DNA of 32,981 bases from Octopus bimaculoides (GCF_001194135.2 NC_069001.1:34360279-34393259); one strand, 5' to 3'; shown: positions 1-11,334, numbered from the stretch's first letter. Translations and numbers: made by a program. The notes: a model not told the origin generated them from the letters alone.

Positions 1-59
<59 letters not shown>

Positions 60-255
60 CACACACATATATATACATATACACACACACAATCACACAT
101 ACATATATGTGCTTATTCATTGTTGTTGCTGAATTGTTTTTGCTTAGAACTCTTATTTACTGAGTTGGAGGTGTAAAACTGTGGGTGTTGCTGTGTCTTA
201 CATAGAAATATCAGCCAAATTTTATTGCTTTGGTTGCAGGCAAGTAAAAAATTAT

Positions 256-578
256 TCATGATATATATGTAAGTGAGGTGAAATTGTTCCAAGAACTTGA
301 ACTGAGTGTTTCACTCAATATAAGGATTTCACTCCCTGTATTCCTGCCCCTGTACTTCTTTGGTAGCCAGGATTTTTTTTTATTGAAGCATAGGCTGACT
401 GATTGGTTTATTTTCTGATGTACACAATATACAGCCTGACATGCAAATGTAGTTGACTGCTGGGCAGCAATTAAACAATGCCTTATGATACAGAAAATTT
501 GTTTCCAGAGAGTGCAGTGATCTTTGGTGATGGGTAACTTAGCACCATCGGAAATTTGAAATATTTGAGGGGCAAGAA
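256..578 (-). CDS. Candidate coding exon, unidentified (LAPQIFQISDGAKLPITKDHCTLWKQIFCIIRHCLIAAQQ...TYIS*)
   Basis: 106 stop-free codons of non-repetitive sequence after a possible acceptor (minus strand TCTCAATTCTGCAAATAG, AG at 580-579). No recognisable homology; the upstream part of ORF 256..762 is (GA)n/(CA)n artefact. Confidence 0.2.
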
Positions 579-656
579 CTATTTGCAGAATTGAGATAAC
601 AATAATATTGTATGTGTGGTTGTGTGCGTGTGCACGTGTGTGTGTCTCTCTCTTTC

Positions 657-706
<50 letters not shown>

Positions 707-892
707 TTGTACATAATTTGTAATTTGTCTGTGTTGTTTGTCAACTCTTGGTTAACCGTCATCGAACAGACATGAACAAAGGTGTTCTATCCATGACCAT
801 CCTGTAAGTTTTTGGAGGTGTTTTTTTTAGGATTACATTATCTAATGTATCTCTTTATATATTTCAAAGATAACAGTATAATTTGAAAGAGA

Positions 893-913
893 TTTGGCTG
901 CTATTTCTAGCAG
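893..913 (+). repeat. Conserved motif of an unclassified dispersed repeat (TTTGGCTGCTATTTCTAGCAG)
   Basis: Near-identical copies at 893-913 (+), 7371-7391 (+) and 6175-6195 (-); related CCAGCCATGACC-type flanks at ~785-805, ~7260-7280 and ~14530-14570. Confidence 0.6.
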
Positions 914-959
914 ATGATTAAACCCGGTAGATGTCCTCTAGCGTTGATTGATGGCAGAT

Positions 960-1130
960 TTAACCATTTTGATACCATATTCCTGTTGAAATACACTGCC
1001 ATTGTTTCAATTAATTTAAAAAATAATAAATAATTTAATAAAATAACTTCATAATTATATAACTGATGTTTGGAACATACATTAACATGACATTTGATAG
1101 AAGGATCTAATTTAAATCACTTTAAACAGG
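960..1130 (+). mobile_element. TTAA-bounded non-autonomous DNA element (piggyBac-like MITE), degenerate copy
   Basis: Begins TTAACCATTTTGATACCATATTCCTGTTGAAATACACTGCC; the same sequence recurs at ~1250-1415 (+) and ~14242-14450 (-). TTAA followed by CCC-like ends is the piggyBac signature (established). Confidence 0.55.
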
Positions 1131-1249
1131 AAGTTTGCATTATAGAACCAGAAGCAGTCTCAGACAGGTTGGGTTGGAGAACAGAAGATTTGATTCACAT
1201 GTTTATTGTTCTGTAAAAAGCAGAGGAGGATCCACTTATCAACTTCCAC

Positions 1250-1570
1250 TTAACTCATTAGTTACCATATTTCTGTTGAAATACTCTGCCTTTGTTTCTC
1301 TGTGTTTTGAAAACAATAAAAAAATTTAGTAAAGTAACTTTGTCATGCTTAAACCAGTGTTTAGAGCATGAAATTAGTCTGAAATTTTCATTGAAGGATT
1401 TATTTAAATCACTTTAACCCTTTAGCACTTAAACTGGCTATATCCAGCCCAGATATTCTACCTGTTTTATTTTCTAACCAGCCAGATCCAACCTATCACA
1501 CTTACCCTTCAATGCTATAATAAAACATACTATCACATCAACAAATTTTCAAAGCCACAAAATGATGCAT
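1250..1570 (+). mobile_element. Two adjacent piggyBac-like MITE fragments
   Basis: TTAACTCATTAGTTACCATATTTCTGTTGAAATACTCTGCC (same family as 960-1130), followed at ~1414 by a second family starting TTAACCCTTTAGCAC. Confidence 0.5.
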
Positions 1571-2128
1571 GATTTCGCCTGGTGTGCTAATGATTCTGCC
1601 AGCTCGCTGCCTTAATAATAGTAATAATAATAATAATAATAATGATGAAGAGGAGGAGGAGGAGACATGTAGAATGAAAGCTTCCCTACTTAAACAGGTG
1701 AAAGTTAGTGATAAGAAGGGATCTGGTTGCAAAACCAATACCTGAAGGACTTACATTCATTCAACCGAGGCTAATTTATTAAAAGAGGTGTAAAAATGAA
1801 TGAGTGAACACAGTGCTACTTAGAAACATTCAGACTTATAAATATACACATACAAACAAATATATGTACTTACAAATTGGAAAATTGCATTCTGTTATGG
1901 TTCTTTGTATAGCAAGTTCGCACCTTGCCAAGGCCAATGTTTGCCTTTCATTCTTTCTGGGCCAATAGTATAAATTGCTGGGCAATGACTGTATTTGTGT
2001 TAATCAAGTGTTAATCAAGTGTTAATCAAGTGTGCTTTCGACAAAGATGTTGTGGCTGGGGTGCCAGTATTACACATTAGTAATTAGAACACGCACACAC
2101 ACAAAGGAAAAAAAAAATCATCATAAGC

Positions 2129-2717
2129 ATTCCCGAGCGTCATACTAATATATACTTTTGTTATTTACACCACCTGTCCTCGTCTGTTGTTATTTTTTGT
2201 ATATTCTCCCACATATAATACACGCTCACGTGGTCGCACCAGCTAATCCTGTCTCCTCTCATCACACACTACCAACTTTTGGATTCTACCTTCTTTCNNN
2301 NNNNNNNNNNNNNNNNNNNNNNNNNNNNNNNNNNNNNNNNNNNNNNNNNNNNNNNNNNNNNNNNNNNNNNNNNNNNNNNNNNNNNNNNNNNNNNNNNNNN
2401 NNNNNNNNNNNNNNNNNNNNNNNNNNNNNNNNNNNNNNNNNNNNNNCCCACGGATTTACACTGGACCCATCTTCTGATTGGAAATCGCTTCAATATACCA
2501 CGACGTCTAAAAAACTTTTGAACTTTTCCACTTTTGTAAACCTCCTTTATCATCCTTTTTTCTCCGTGTTTTTCTCCTTGTCTCCGTATTCTTTCTGTTG
2601 AAGAGCGTAGCTCGAAACGTCAAAGACTTTCCGTATTCCCGAGCGTCATACTAATATATACTTTTGTTATTTACACCACCTGTCCTCGTCTGTTGTTATT
2701 TTTTGTATATTCTCCCA
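2129..2717 (+). mobile_element. Probable Penelope-like retroelement remnant with pseudo-LTR direct repeats
   Basis: Identical 83-bp direct repeats at 2129-2211 and 2635-2717; hammerhead-like core TTGAAGA-GCGTAGCTC-GAAAC at 2598-2618 just before the second repeat; interior partly N (2298-2446). Tandem pLTRs with minimal hammerheads are established PLE features; class assignment is inference. Confidence 0.55.
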
Positions 2718-3016
2718 TATATATATATATATATATTTATACCATACAGTCTACTCTCTGATACATGCACACTCAGACACATATATATATACATACACAC
2801 TCATACATGCACATGCACACACACTCACACACATATGCAGATACATGTGCATGCGCACACAAATGCACGCATACAATAAACTGTAAATCATTTATATGAA
2901 GCTAAAAGTTCATTGTGTTGCTACTCCAAGTTTCACATCCCGTAGGCATTCGACAAGGTGACTAATATCGAATGTGAATTATTAACAAGTACAAAAGTGG
3001 CACATTTGTCTGCAAA

Positions 3017-3047
<31 letters not shown>

Positions 3048-3232
3048 GTGTATGTGTGTGTTCATATGTACATGTGTGGATATTCATATCATTGATCTTA
3101 AGTTCACACCGTGTTTATTTCATTTCTCAGGATATATCGTAATATCAAATATATACCAGTATTAAATCTACAGTAATCTACACACACACACACACGCACA
3201 CACAGAGAGACGCACACCCCCACCCACATACA

Positions 3233-3283
<51 letters not shown>

Positions 3284-4040
3284 CATACACACACACATAA
3301 ACACACATACATATAAAAAAATTTTTTCACTGTATTGTATATTTGTTTCTTTTTGAATCTCATCTTTGTTATGGATCTTCTATAAGAAAGAAGCTGCATC
3401 CCTTAATTTCTCATTTCTATATACAAAGGCCGAGAAGAAACATCCAGAAATAAGCTGTTTATTTTAACGAGATACCTCTTGAGATCACCTGAGGAGACAC
3501 ATCTACTTGAATGCATCGAAACCAGTTGTACAGTATCCCGCTCATAAGGGAGCAATGCTAGATGGGTCAAAACGATTGCAGTGATCAATAGAGATTCTTG
3601 TATCTACCCTATTCCATCACTCACATTAATTATATACACACACATATATATATATATATATACATACATATATATATATTTATATGGGCTTTTCTAAATT
3701 TATAAGTATTTATGATTATTTATGCCGGTTTACAAATGCAAGCAGGTGTAAGTAAATACATAATAGTAATGCTTATGCATTACACGTAAACTAGCATTGG
3801 TGTAAATCTTATAAGAAACAGTGCACACACACACACACATGATTTTTCTGTGTACGAATTTATTTATCAATATATGTGTATGTATGTGCAAATATACATG
3901 AACTCACACATGCACACAGAGTGATGTATGCATTTATGTGAAAGATGTCCTTGAAAAATGATATGCAACACTTAGTGAGCGTTATAGTAAATGAAAGTGT
4001 ATGTATACATAACGTGCATGTGTGTGTGTTTACCTATCTA

Positions 4041-4135
<95 letters not shown>

Positions 4136-4619
4136 GTGCACACATATGTAGTTATGTGTTCATAACTATATAATAATGTAAATACATGTGTATATAAATA
4201 TATTGGCATGTGTGTGTGTATATGTATATCATATTTATATTATACATGATATGTAATATAACTATATACATATTATATATATCATTATATTGTTTAATAA
4301 TACATGTCATGTAATTATGTATATGTGTAAGTTTACATATATATGCATTTCTTTATAATTATATGTATGTGTGTATGTGTGTGTGTGTGTGACAGAGAGA
4401 GAGAGAGAGAAGCTTTTCATTAAAGCAAGAAGAATGGTAGAAAGTATAAAGTGTACATAATCGAAGTAGGTGGTATCAAGAGACTCTGGCATCGTTGATT
4501 AAAATGTATCCAGATTCTTTAGAATGGGTGAAAAGATGCTTGAAAAAGCAAAATGAATATCATCTCTGTGGCTATTTTGTATCTTAGTAACAGTACAATG
4601 AAGCAACAGGTTGTTCTGG

Positions 4620-5160
4620 AGGAGGAGGAAGGGGAGGAGGAGGAAGGGGAGGTGGAGGAAGGGATGTAAGTTGGTTATAGACAAAGACAGGAGAGGGAGA
4701 GGGGGACAGAGAGAAAGAGAGTGAGTGTGAGGGGGAGTGAGAGAGAGTGAGAAAGAAAGTGGGTGAAAGAGATAGAGAGAGACAGAAAATTAGAGGAAGA
4801 GGAGAAAGAGACAGACACATATGGAGAGAAAGAGAGAGGGGGAAAACAGAGAGAAAGTGAATGTGAGAGAGAATGACAGAGAGAGAGAGAGAAAGAGTAA
4901 GAGAGAAAGTGTATGAAAGGGAGAGACATAGAAAATTAGAAGAGGAGGAGAGAGAGAGACACAGACGCACACATAACAAGGAGACTGAGAAAGTGGGAGG
5001 GAGATAGATTGAATGGAGAGGGGAGAAGGAAGAGGACTGTGAGGTGAAGAGAAGACTGAGCAGAAAATTAGCGAAAGAATCACAAATATGAAATTATGTT
5101 TTAATGCTTTTTGTGTTTCTGACAAAGAAGAAAGAAGAAGGGAAAGAAATGGTGAGGTGA
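4620..5160 (+). repeat. Purine-rich (GA/GGA) low-complexity tract
   Basis: Mostly A/G over ~540 bp; source of the SLSL/PPP ORFs on the minus strand. Confidence 0.9.
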
Positions 5161-5219
5161 CGAGGAAAAGAAATTAACTACTCAGGGATATAAGTGGGGA
5201 AGTGTATAAGATGGATTGA

Positions 5220-5765
<546 letters not shown>

Positions 5766-6242
5766 ATTGTATGTAGTTACTATTGTCAGGGTTTTGATAA
5801 AGATAAGAATAATGTTAGGTTTGTTTTGTTTATTTTTTGTGTAATTTTTTTTTTAAAAAGAATATTTTAATATTTAATGTTTTGCTTCCATTAATCTGAT
5901 TCCTCACTTTGGCACCAGTCCACACTTTTGTAGCTAAAAAGAAATAGAAGAATTGAATTTATTCCCCCCCCCCCAACCATTTCCTGGCTGACCCTTTATT
6001 GGTTCTCAGAGGAAATAAACGGTAAAAGTTCATCACAAATAGCATTTGAACCGACACAATGAAGGAGTCCTAGCAGAATACTGCAATACATCCCCTCTGA
6101 TTCTTCAATGTCTCCGCTTCTTCCGCCATCTTTAATTAATCATTGATACATGTTGAGCTAATGAGCAAAAAACTCTGCTAGATATAGCAGCCAAGCTAAA
6201 TATCCCTTAATCACATGCTACTGATTTAAAAATATAGCCCAG

Positions 6243-6400
6243 GGGCAAGTATAGCCATGGTAAGATGTTTGCTTCTCAACCACATGGTTCTGAGCACTGT
6301 CCCACCGTGGGGCACCTTGAATAAGTGTCTTTTACTGGAACCCTGGATCGATCAATGCCTTGTAAGTGGATTTGATAGATGGAAACAGAAAGAATCCCAT
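6243..6400 (+). mobile_element. tRNA-derived SINE, 5' half (family 1)
   Basis: Matches the head at 12088-12240 (GCTTC.CAACCACAT.GTTC...GGCACCTTG...AAGTGTCTT...GCCTTGT.AGTGGATTTG). Confidence 0.8.
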
Positions 6401-6448
6401 TATATGTGCATGTGTATGTGTGCGCGTGTATGCGTGTGTGTGTCTTTC

Positions 6449-6640
6449 ATCATTTACTTGTATCAGTCATTAGACTGCGACCATGCTGGGGCACTTCTTT
6501 CAAGAATTTTCAGTCAGTTGAGTTAACTCTAGCACTTATTTCTTTTTTATAGCCTGGCACTTATTCTATCAACCTCTTTTGCTGAACTACTAAGTTACAA
6601 GGATGTAAACAAACCAACACTGGTTGTCAAGCAGAGAAAA
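6449..6640 (-). mobile_element. SINE family 1, 3' half
   Basis: CAGTCATTAGACTGCGACCATGCTGGGGCAC...CTAAGTTACAAGGATGTAAACAAACCAACACTGGTTGTCAAGC is the reverse complement of 12290-12478. Confidence 0.8.
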
Positions 6641-6668
6641 AGACACACACACAAGATAAATATATCTT

Positions 6669-7030
6669 CTGTCTTTTACTAGTTTCAGTCATTTGATTAT
6701 GGCCATGCTGTAGCACCACCTTAAGTCGAGCAAATCGACCTCAGGACTTATTCTTTGTAACACAAATACTTATTAAGTCCCCGTACTGTTATGTTACAGG
6801 GACATAAACACACCAGTATCGGTTGTCAAGCAATGTTTGGTGGGGGGGGGGACAAACACAGACACACAAACATATACACATGCATACATGCTAAGCTAAA
6901 TCCACTCACAAGGCACTGGTCGTCCTGAGGCTATAGCAGAAAAAACTTGCCTCAAGGTGCCACATATTGGGACTAAACCCAGAATCATGTGGTTGGTAAA
7001 CAAACTATTTACCACACAGCCACTCCTGCA

Positions 7031-7032
<2 letters not shown>
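6669..7032 (-). mobile_element. Near full-length SINE family 1 copy
   Basis: 3' domain (6669-6860), short CA/TA linker and tRNA-like head (6900-7032), all reverse-complementary to 12088-12478. Confidence 0.85.
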
Positions 7033-7081
<49 letters not shown>

Positions 7082-8326
7082 GATATATATAAGATAGATA
7101 GATAGCTAGATATGTATGTGATGGTATTCTACACACCTTATATCTTCTAGAAAGCATTTATCAATCTGAGGCTATGAGTAGAAACACTTGGCCCTGTTGT
7201 TACTGTAGTAATTTCTTAGCTCGCAGGTCAACTCCAATCTAGCAATTCTATCATTGAAGATATTCCAGCCATGACCTTCCCTTTTGTTTAGGTTTATCTA
7301 GGTATATGTTACCTATCTAGCATTGCCTTAATTTTAAAGACAGTAACGAATGACTGACTAGAAGCAAATGTTTGGCTGCTATTTCTTGCAGGTTAATCAG
7401 CCATGTAAAAGCTCCTTACTTTTTACTTTACATATCATACAGTTACACTAGACAGCAGAATTTTCCTTTGCAAACCAATGTGTACCTTCCAAATTTTCAA
7501 GAATTTCAGACTATTTCATCCAGATATAAATTTGCAGGTTTTAGTGGAGATAATGTTTTTCATTAAGTTTGTCATAAAACATGAAAGAAATGTCATTATT
7601 GTTTAATGTGTCAATATAATTAATTTATCTCAAATGATTAGTTTTCTTTCAATGACTTTCTGCCTTCTTAAATCTCAAAAGAATTTTCAAAAATGCTTTT
7701 ATTTTTCTCATTCAAGCTTCCGTTTATTTTGTGTATTTTATTACCTTTCATCACATTTACATGAAAGAAATCACAGATCACTCTTGTTTCATTGGTCTAT
7801 TGTTAACTTTATTCCGAGACATGAAAATGCCAAATATTGTTGTGGTTTCACCATTTTCTTTTAAAGATTTACGTTCATAACTTCTGACTAAACTTTGCAA
7901 CTATGCAATTTCATAAACTATTATGCAAAATAAAATTACCTTTATTCCTCTCTCATTTCATTTTTCACACTTCAAACACTATAATGCTGTGCTCAATTTT
8001 ATCAAAGAGGAAGAAATCATAAAAATCCATGTAAAAATATGTGGAATGAGTGAGCTTACCAAACATGGCGGTAAAGTGATAATGACTGATATTAATTGTT
8101 ATCTCCAAGAATTTCCATATCAAAGGAAAGTTTCAGCTTTGGTGATTAGTAATTAAGATGGAACAGTTCTAAAAGTATCTAAACACAAATGTATTTATCA
8201 GGTTTTTGAAGGTTATCATCACAAGTGGATATTTATATATTGATATATCGATTGAAAAGCCTTGTGAGTGGTGGATTTGGAAGACGGAAACTGAAAGAAG
8301 GCCCTTGTGTATATATGTATATACAT

Positions 8327-8388
<62 letters not shown>

Positions 8389-8407
8389 GTGTGTGTATAT
8401 ATTTATG

Positions 8408-8550
8408 TGGAGGTGTGTGGCTTAGTGGTTAGGGTGTCAGCATCATGATTGTAAGATTGTGGTTTCAATTCCTGGACCGGGTGACGCGTTGTGTTCTTGA
8501 GCAAAACACTTCATTTCACGTTGCTCCAGTCCACTCAGCTGGCAAAAATC
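8408..8550 (+). mobile_element. tRNA-derived SINE head (family 3)
   Basis: A-box TGGCTTAGTGG and B-box-like GTTTCAATTCC followed by non-tRNA body (TTGAGCAAAACACTTCATTTCACGTTGCTCCAGTCCACTCAGCTGG). Confidence 0.75.
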
Positions 8551-8624
8551 ACATGATAATTAGATAATTATAAACAAATGTGATCATTATTACAAGTAGT
8601 ACCACTCATTTCCCGTCTTCCCTG

Positions 8625-8775
8625 AAAGCATATCTGACCATGGTGTAATATCACCTTGCTTGGAACCAGTGAGAGTTAGTGGCTAGAAGGACATCTAGCT
8701 ACAGAAAATCTACTTCAACAAATTCCATCTGATCCTGCAAGCACAGAAAAATGGAGATTAAACCAATGTTGATGA
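8625..8775 (+). mobile_element. SINE 3' segment ending in a TGA-type tail
   Basis: AGAAGGACATCTAGCTACAGAAAATCTACTTCAAC...GCAAGCACAGAAAAATGG resembles 29500-29645 and the reverse copy at ~24525-24620. Confidence 0.65.
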
Positions 8776-9013
8776 CAAAAAAGTATTTTCGTAATCCGAT
8801 TCTTTCAGCATCATTTATTTTTTATAACTGTTTTTGCCCCACCCAACATTTTTTCTAATATTTCAGTGATTGAGAGATATTTTTCTTTAACAGCTTATCT
8901 GTCTATGAACCAACTACGACTTTAAGAGAGTTTCTCAAAAATACCACATTGGTTTGGTCAGCCTTCATTCCTACCAAAAGCCTCAGATTATTAATGGAAA
9001 TAATCTTGAGAGG

Positions 9014-9760
9014 CTAAGATGTCCGATAACATGTCTGTCCACTCAAGGTTGTCCTGGGGCTAAACAACAGCCCGCCCCCACTATCCTTTTGCCGCCCACA
9101 CACAAACACTCTCCCACTCCATCCTTCACCTGATTCTCCCCCCACCAACCCTTTCAAAGCTACCCACGACGAGTGTTCGCTCCTTCTCCCCACCGCCGTG
9201 GTCAGATCCTTTCCAATAATGCTGTCCCTTATGCAATTAGTATTAAACAACCGACCGACCGCTAGAAATCCAATCACTTCGTTTCTCTCCCTTCTTCCAA
9301 AACCACATCACCTTCCACCACACAACACCACACCACACCACACCATACTACACCGTACTGCTACCAACATTAACTATCACTTTTAACCATTAACTCAAAC
9401 ACACTCGTAGTAATCCGTAACGTTCCCCTTGGACATTCAAACACCGATATAGTTTTTAATTCACTGGACTACATTTCACAAAAGTATTAAGGTTTGGTAG
9501 CAGCACCGAATCTAAACCAAATTCTCTTTGATCCTCTGTTTACAGCTCTCCGTATCATGCTGGCACATTGTTGCTATAACCATTCTTTTTCAGTTTACAT
9601 TGTATTTTGTCCCTGGCGGCTACACTTTTGTTAAGACTCGGTAACACGAGTAGTTTTAGTAGTCTTATGGTAGTTCTTATTACTTTGGTTGTTGTTGTTG
9701 TTGTTTGTTGCTGATTTGACTAAAAATAACCGCCTTGGGATTTTGTCAGCACTTGTTGCT
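9014..9760. promoter_or_regulatory. CpG-enriched promoter-like island, probably transcribing leftward
   Basis: About 23 CpG in ~720 bp by eye versus a CpG-poor background; GC box CCCGCCCCC 9061-9069, CCAAT 9270-9274, CCTGGCGGC 9612-9620; strong C excess on + (G excess on -) over 9040-9400; no SINE homology. Confidence 0.5.
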
Positions 9761-9802
9761 TTTGCCCATTTAATATAATGTTGTATATTTAAACAAGATA
9801 AG

Positions 9803-10005
9803 GTGAACATAATAATAATGATGATGATGACGACGATGATAATAATAATAATAATAACAATAATAATAATATTAACAATGATAATAATATTAATAATGAT
9901 AATAATAATAATAATAATAATAGTAATGATAATAATAGGAATGACAATAATAATAATAATAATAATGATAATAATGATAATGATGATGATGATGAGGATG
10001 ATGAT

Positions 10006-10036
<31 letters not shown>
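9803..10036 (+). repeat. Imperfect (TAA/TGA)n trinucleotide array
   Basis: Directly visible; generates the poly-I/M and poly-Y/H ORFs. Confidence 0.95.
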
Positions 10037-10039
<3 letters not shown>

Positions 10040-10619
10040 GGTACTCAATAGAACAGGGAATATCCAATGTAAAAATTCTCTGCAAACATAAAAACACTGG
10101 GAAATAAAATAAAACAAAAGAAAAATATAATAAACTATAATGATGTGAAAAAAACGATGTCAAACAACGTATATTGAATAAGACCTCATAAAATGAATGA
10201 CAAAGAGACTGAAACTTCTTCGAGTATAGATATTGGTTATTGATAAATGAAAGGAAATATGTGGTGAGGGTAGTGGCTGTGGTGGTGGTGAGGGAAATTA
10301 CTGTCATGTATGAGAAATAGTAGAATAAGTTTCGTAATCTTTTGATTTGTAGCAAGAGTGGAAAATATAAGAAATTTTGGTTTATGGTAATAAGAGAAAA
10401 TACAGGAATGATACATTTGGTTTTTGGTATCTTTTTAGTTATTCATTTCATGGCTGCATAAATTAATTGTCATTTTAGATGCTACACAATAGAATTATTT
10501 TAAGATCCTGTGGGAATACACTTAATTCTTATTCTAAGTCAGCTTTTCAATTTTATTACTATTGTTGTTACATCATCATCATTATTATTATTATTATTAT
10601 TGAGAATAATAATAATAAA

Positions 10620-10845
10620 AGTAGTGAGGTGGCAGAATTGTTACCACACCGGACAAAATGGTTACTGATATTTTGTCTATCTTTACATTATGAATACAAA
10701 TTTCACCACAGTTGAATTTGCCTTTTATCCCACTGGAGTTGATAAAATAAGTCCACCAGTTGAGCACAGGCATCGATGTAATCAACTTGCTCCTTCCTCC
10801 AGAATTGCTGGCCTTGTGCCAAAACTTGAAACCATGACTATTATT
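10620..10845 (+). mobile_element. SINE family 2 copy with (TTA)n tail
   Basis: GGCAGAATTGTTA...TTTGCCTTTTATCCCACTGGAGTTGATAAAATAAGT...GGCCTTGTGCC; aligns with 10890-11085 and 28535-28760. The central segment resembles the MetaSINE-type domain as I recall it (inference). Confidence 0.8.
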
Positions 10846-10889
10846 ATTATTATTATTATTATTGTTATTATTATTAGTAGTAGTAGTAT

Positions 10890-11085
10890 TAAGGTGGGGA
10901 GTATTATTATAAAGGTGCTTAGCAGCATTTCATCTGTCTTAACATTCTGAGTTCAAATTCTGCCGAGGTCAGCCTTGCCTTTCATCCTTTTGAGGGTCAA
11001 TAGAAATAAGTACCAGTTGAGCACTAGCCCCCTCCTACAAAATTTCAGGCCTTATGCCTAGAGTAGAAAAGATTACTATTATTAT
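10890..11085 (+). mobile_element. SINE family 2 copy (tandem with the previous one)
   Basis: TTCTGAGTTCAAATTCTGCCGAGGTCAGCCTTGCCTTTCATCCTTTTGAGGGTCAATAGAAATAAGTACCAG...GAAAAGATTACTATTATT. Confidence 0.85.
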
Positions 11086-11334
11086 TATTTTCTCTTTATC
11101 ACAGGTTTTGTTGCAGCTCCTAGAGTCTTGCAAGCATAGCAGACTTGCTACCCCTAGCCTACAGTACCATGCTATCCATTCTTTTCAGCCATCTAATACT
11201 TTCCTGATTATTCTGGCCATGCCAAGGAGGCAAACCTTTTGTAACAGTTCTACTGGGCACTCTATTCCAATTTCCCTTATATTCTGCTTGATGCCTTCTG
11301 ATACTGTTCCCAAGGACTCAACAATACAGCTGAT
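11073..11334 (-). mobile_element. 5'-truncated R4/Dong-like non-LTR retrotransposon 3' end
   Basis: Minus frame 11334-11185 reads ISCIVESLGTVSEGIKQNIREIGIECPVELLQKVCLLGMARIIRKVLDG*, matching the end of the restriction-like endonuclease region of R4/Dong ORFs (V.GALG.V ... LQK..LLG.ARI.RKVL); ~95-nt 3' UTR then (TAA)n tail. Confidence 0.8.

Noticed and set aside
1997-2033. (GTGTTAATCAA)x3.4 as a CRISPR-like or regulatory array
   Set aside because: Contiguous 11-mer tandem with no spacers, at the end of a SINE-like fragment; simple slippage.
3403-3588. 61-aa minus ORF, and DHLRRH... on the plus strand
   Set aside because: No convincing splice sites or recognisable motif; the other frames are full of stops.
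4445-4590. Protein-like frames (RWYQETLASLIKMYPDSLEWVKRC on +; MPESLDTTYFDY on -)
   Set aside because: The plus frame lacks an acceptor; the good minus acceptor near 4550 leads to stops in all frames and has no donor.
7923-8156. 77-aa plus ORF
   Set aside because: No homology and no clean acceptor/donor pair; within chance expectation.
8408-8485. tRNA gene
   Set aside because: A/B boxes are present but there is no complete cloverleaf, and it continues into a SINE body; the same applies to the other heads.
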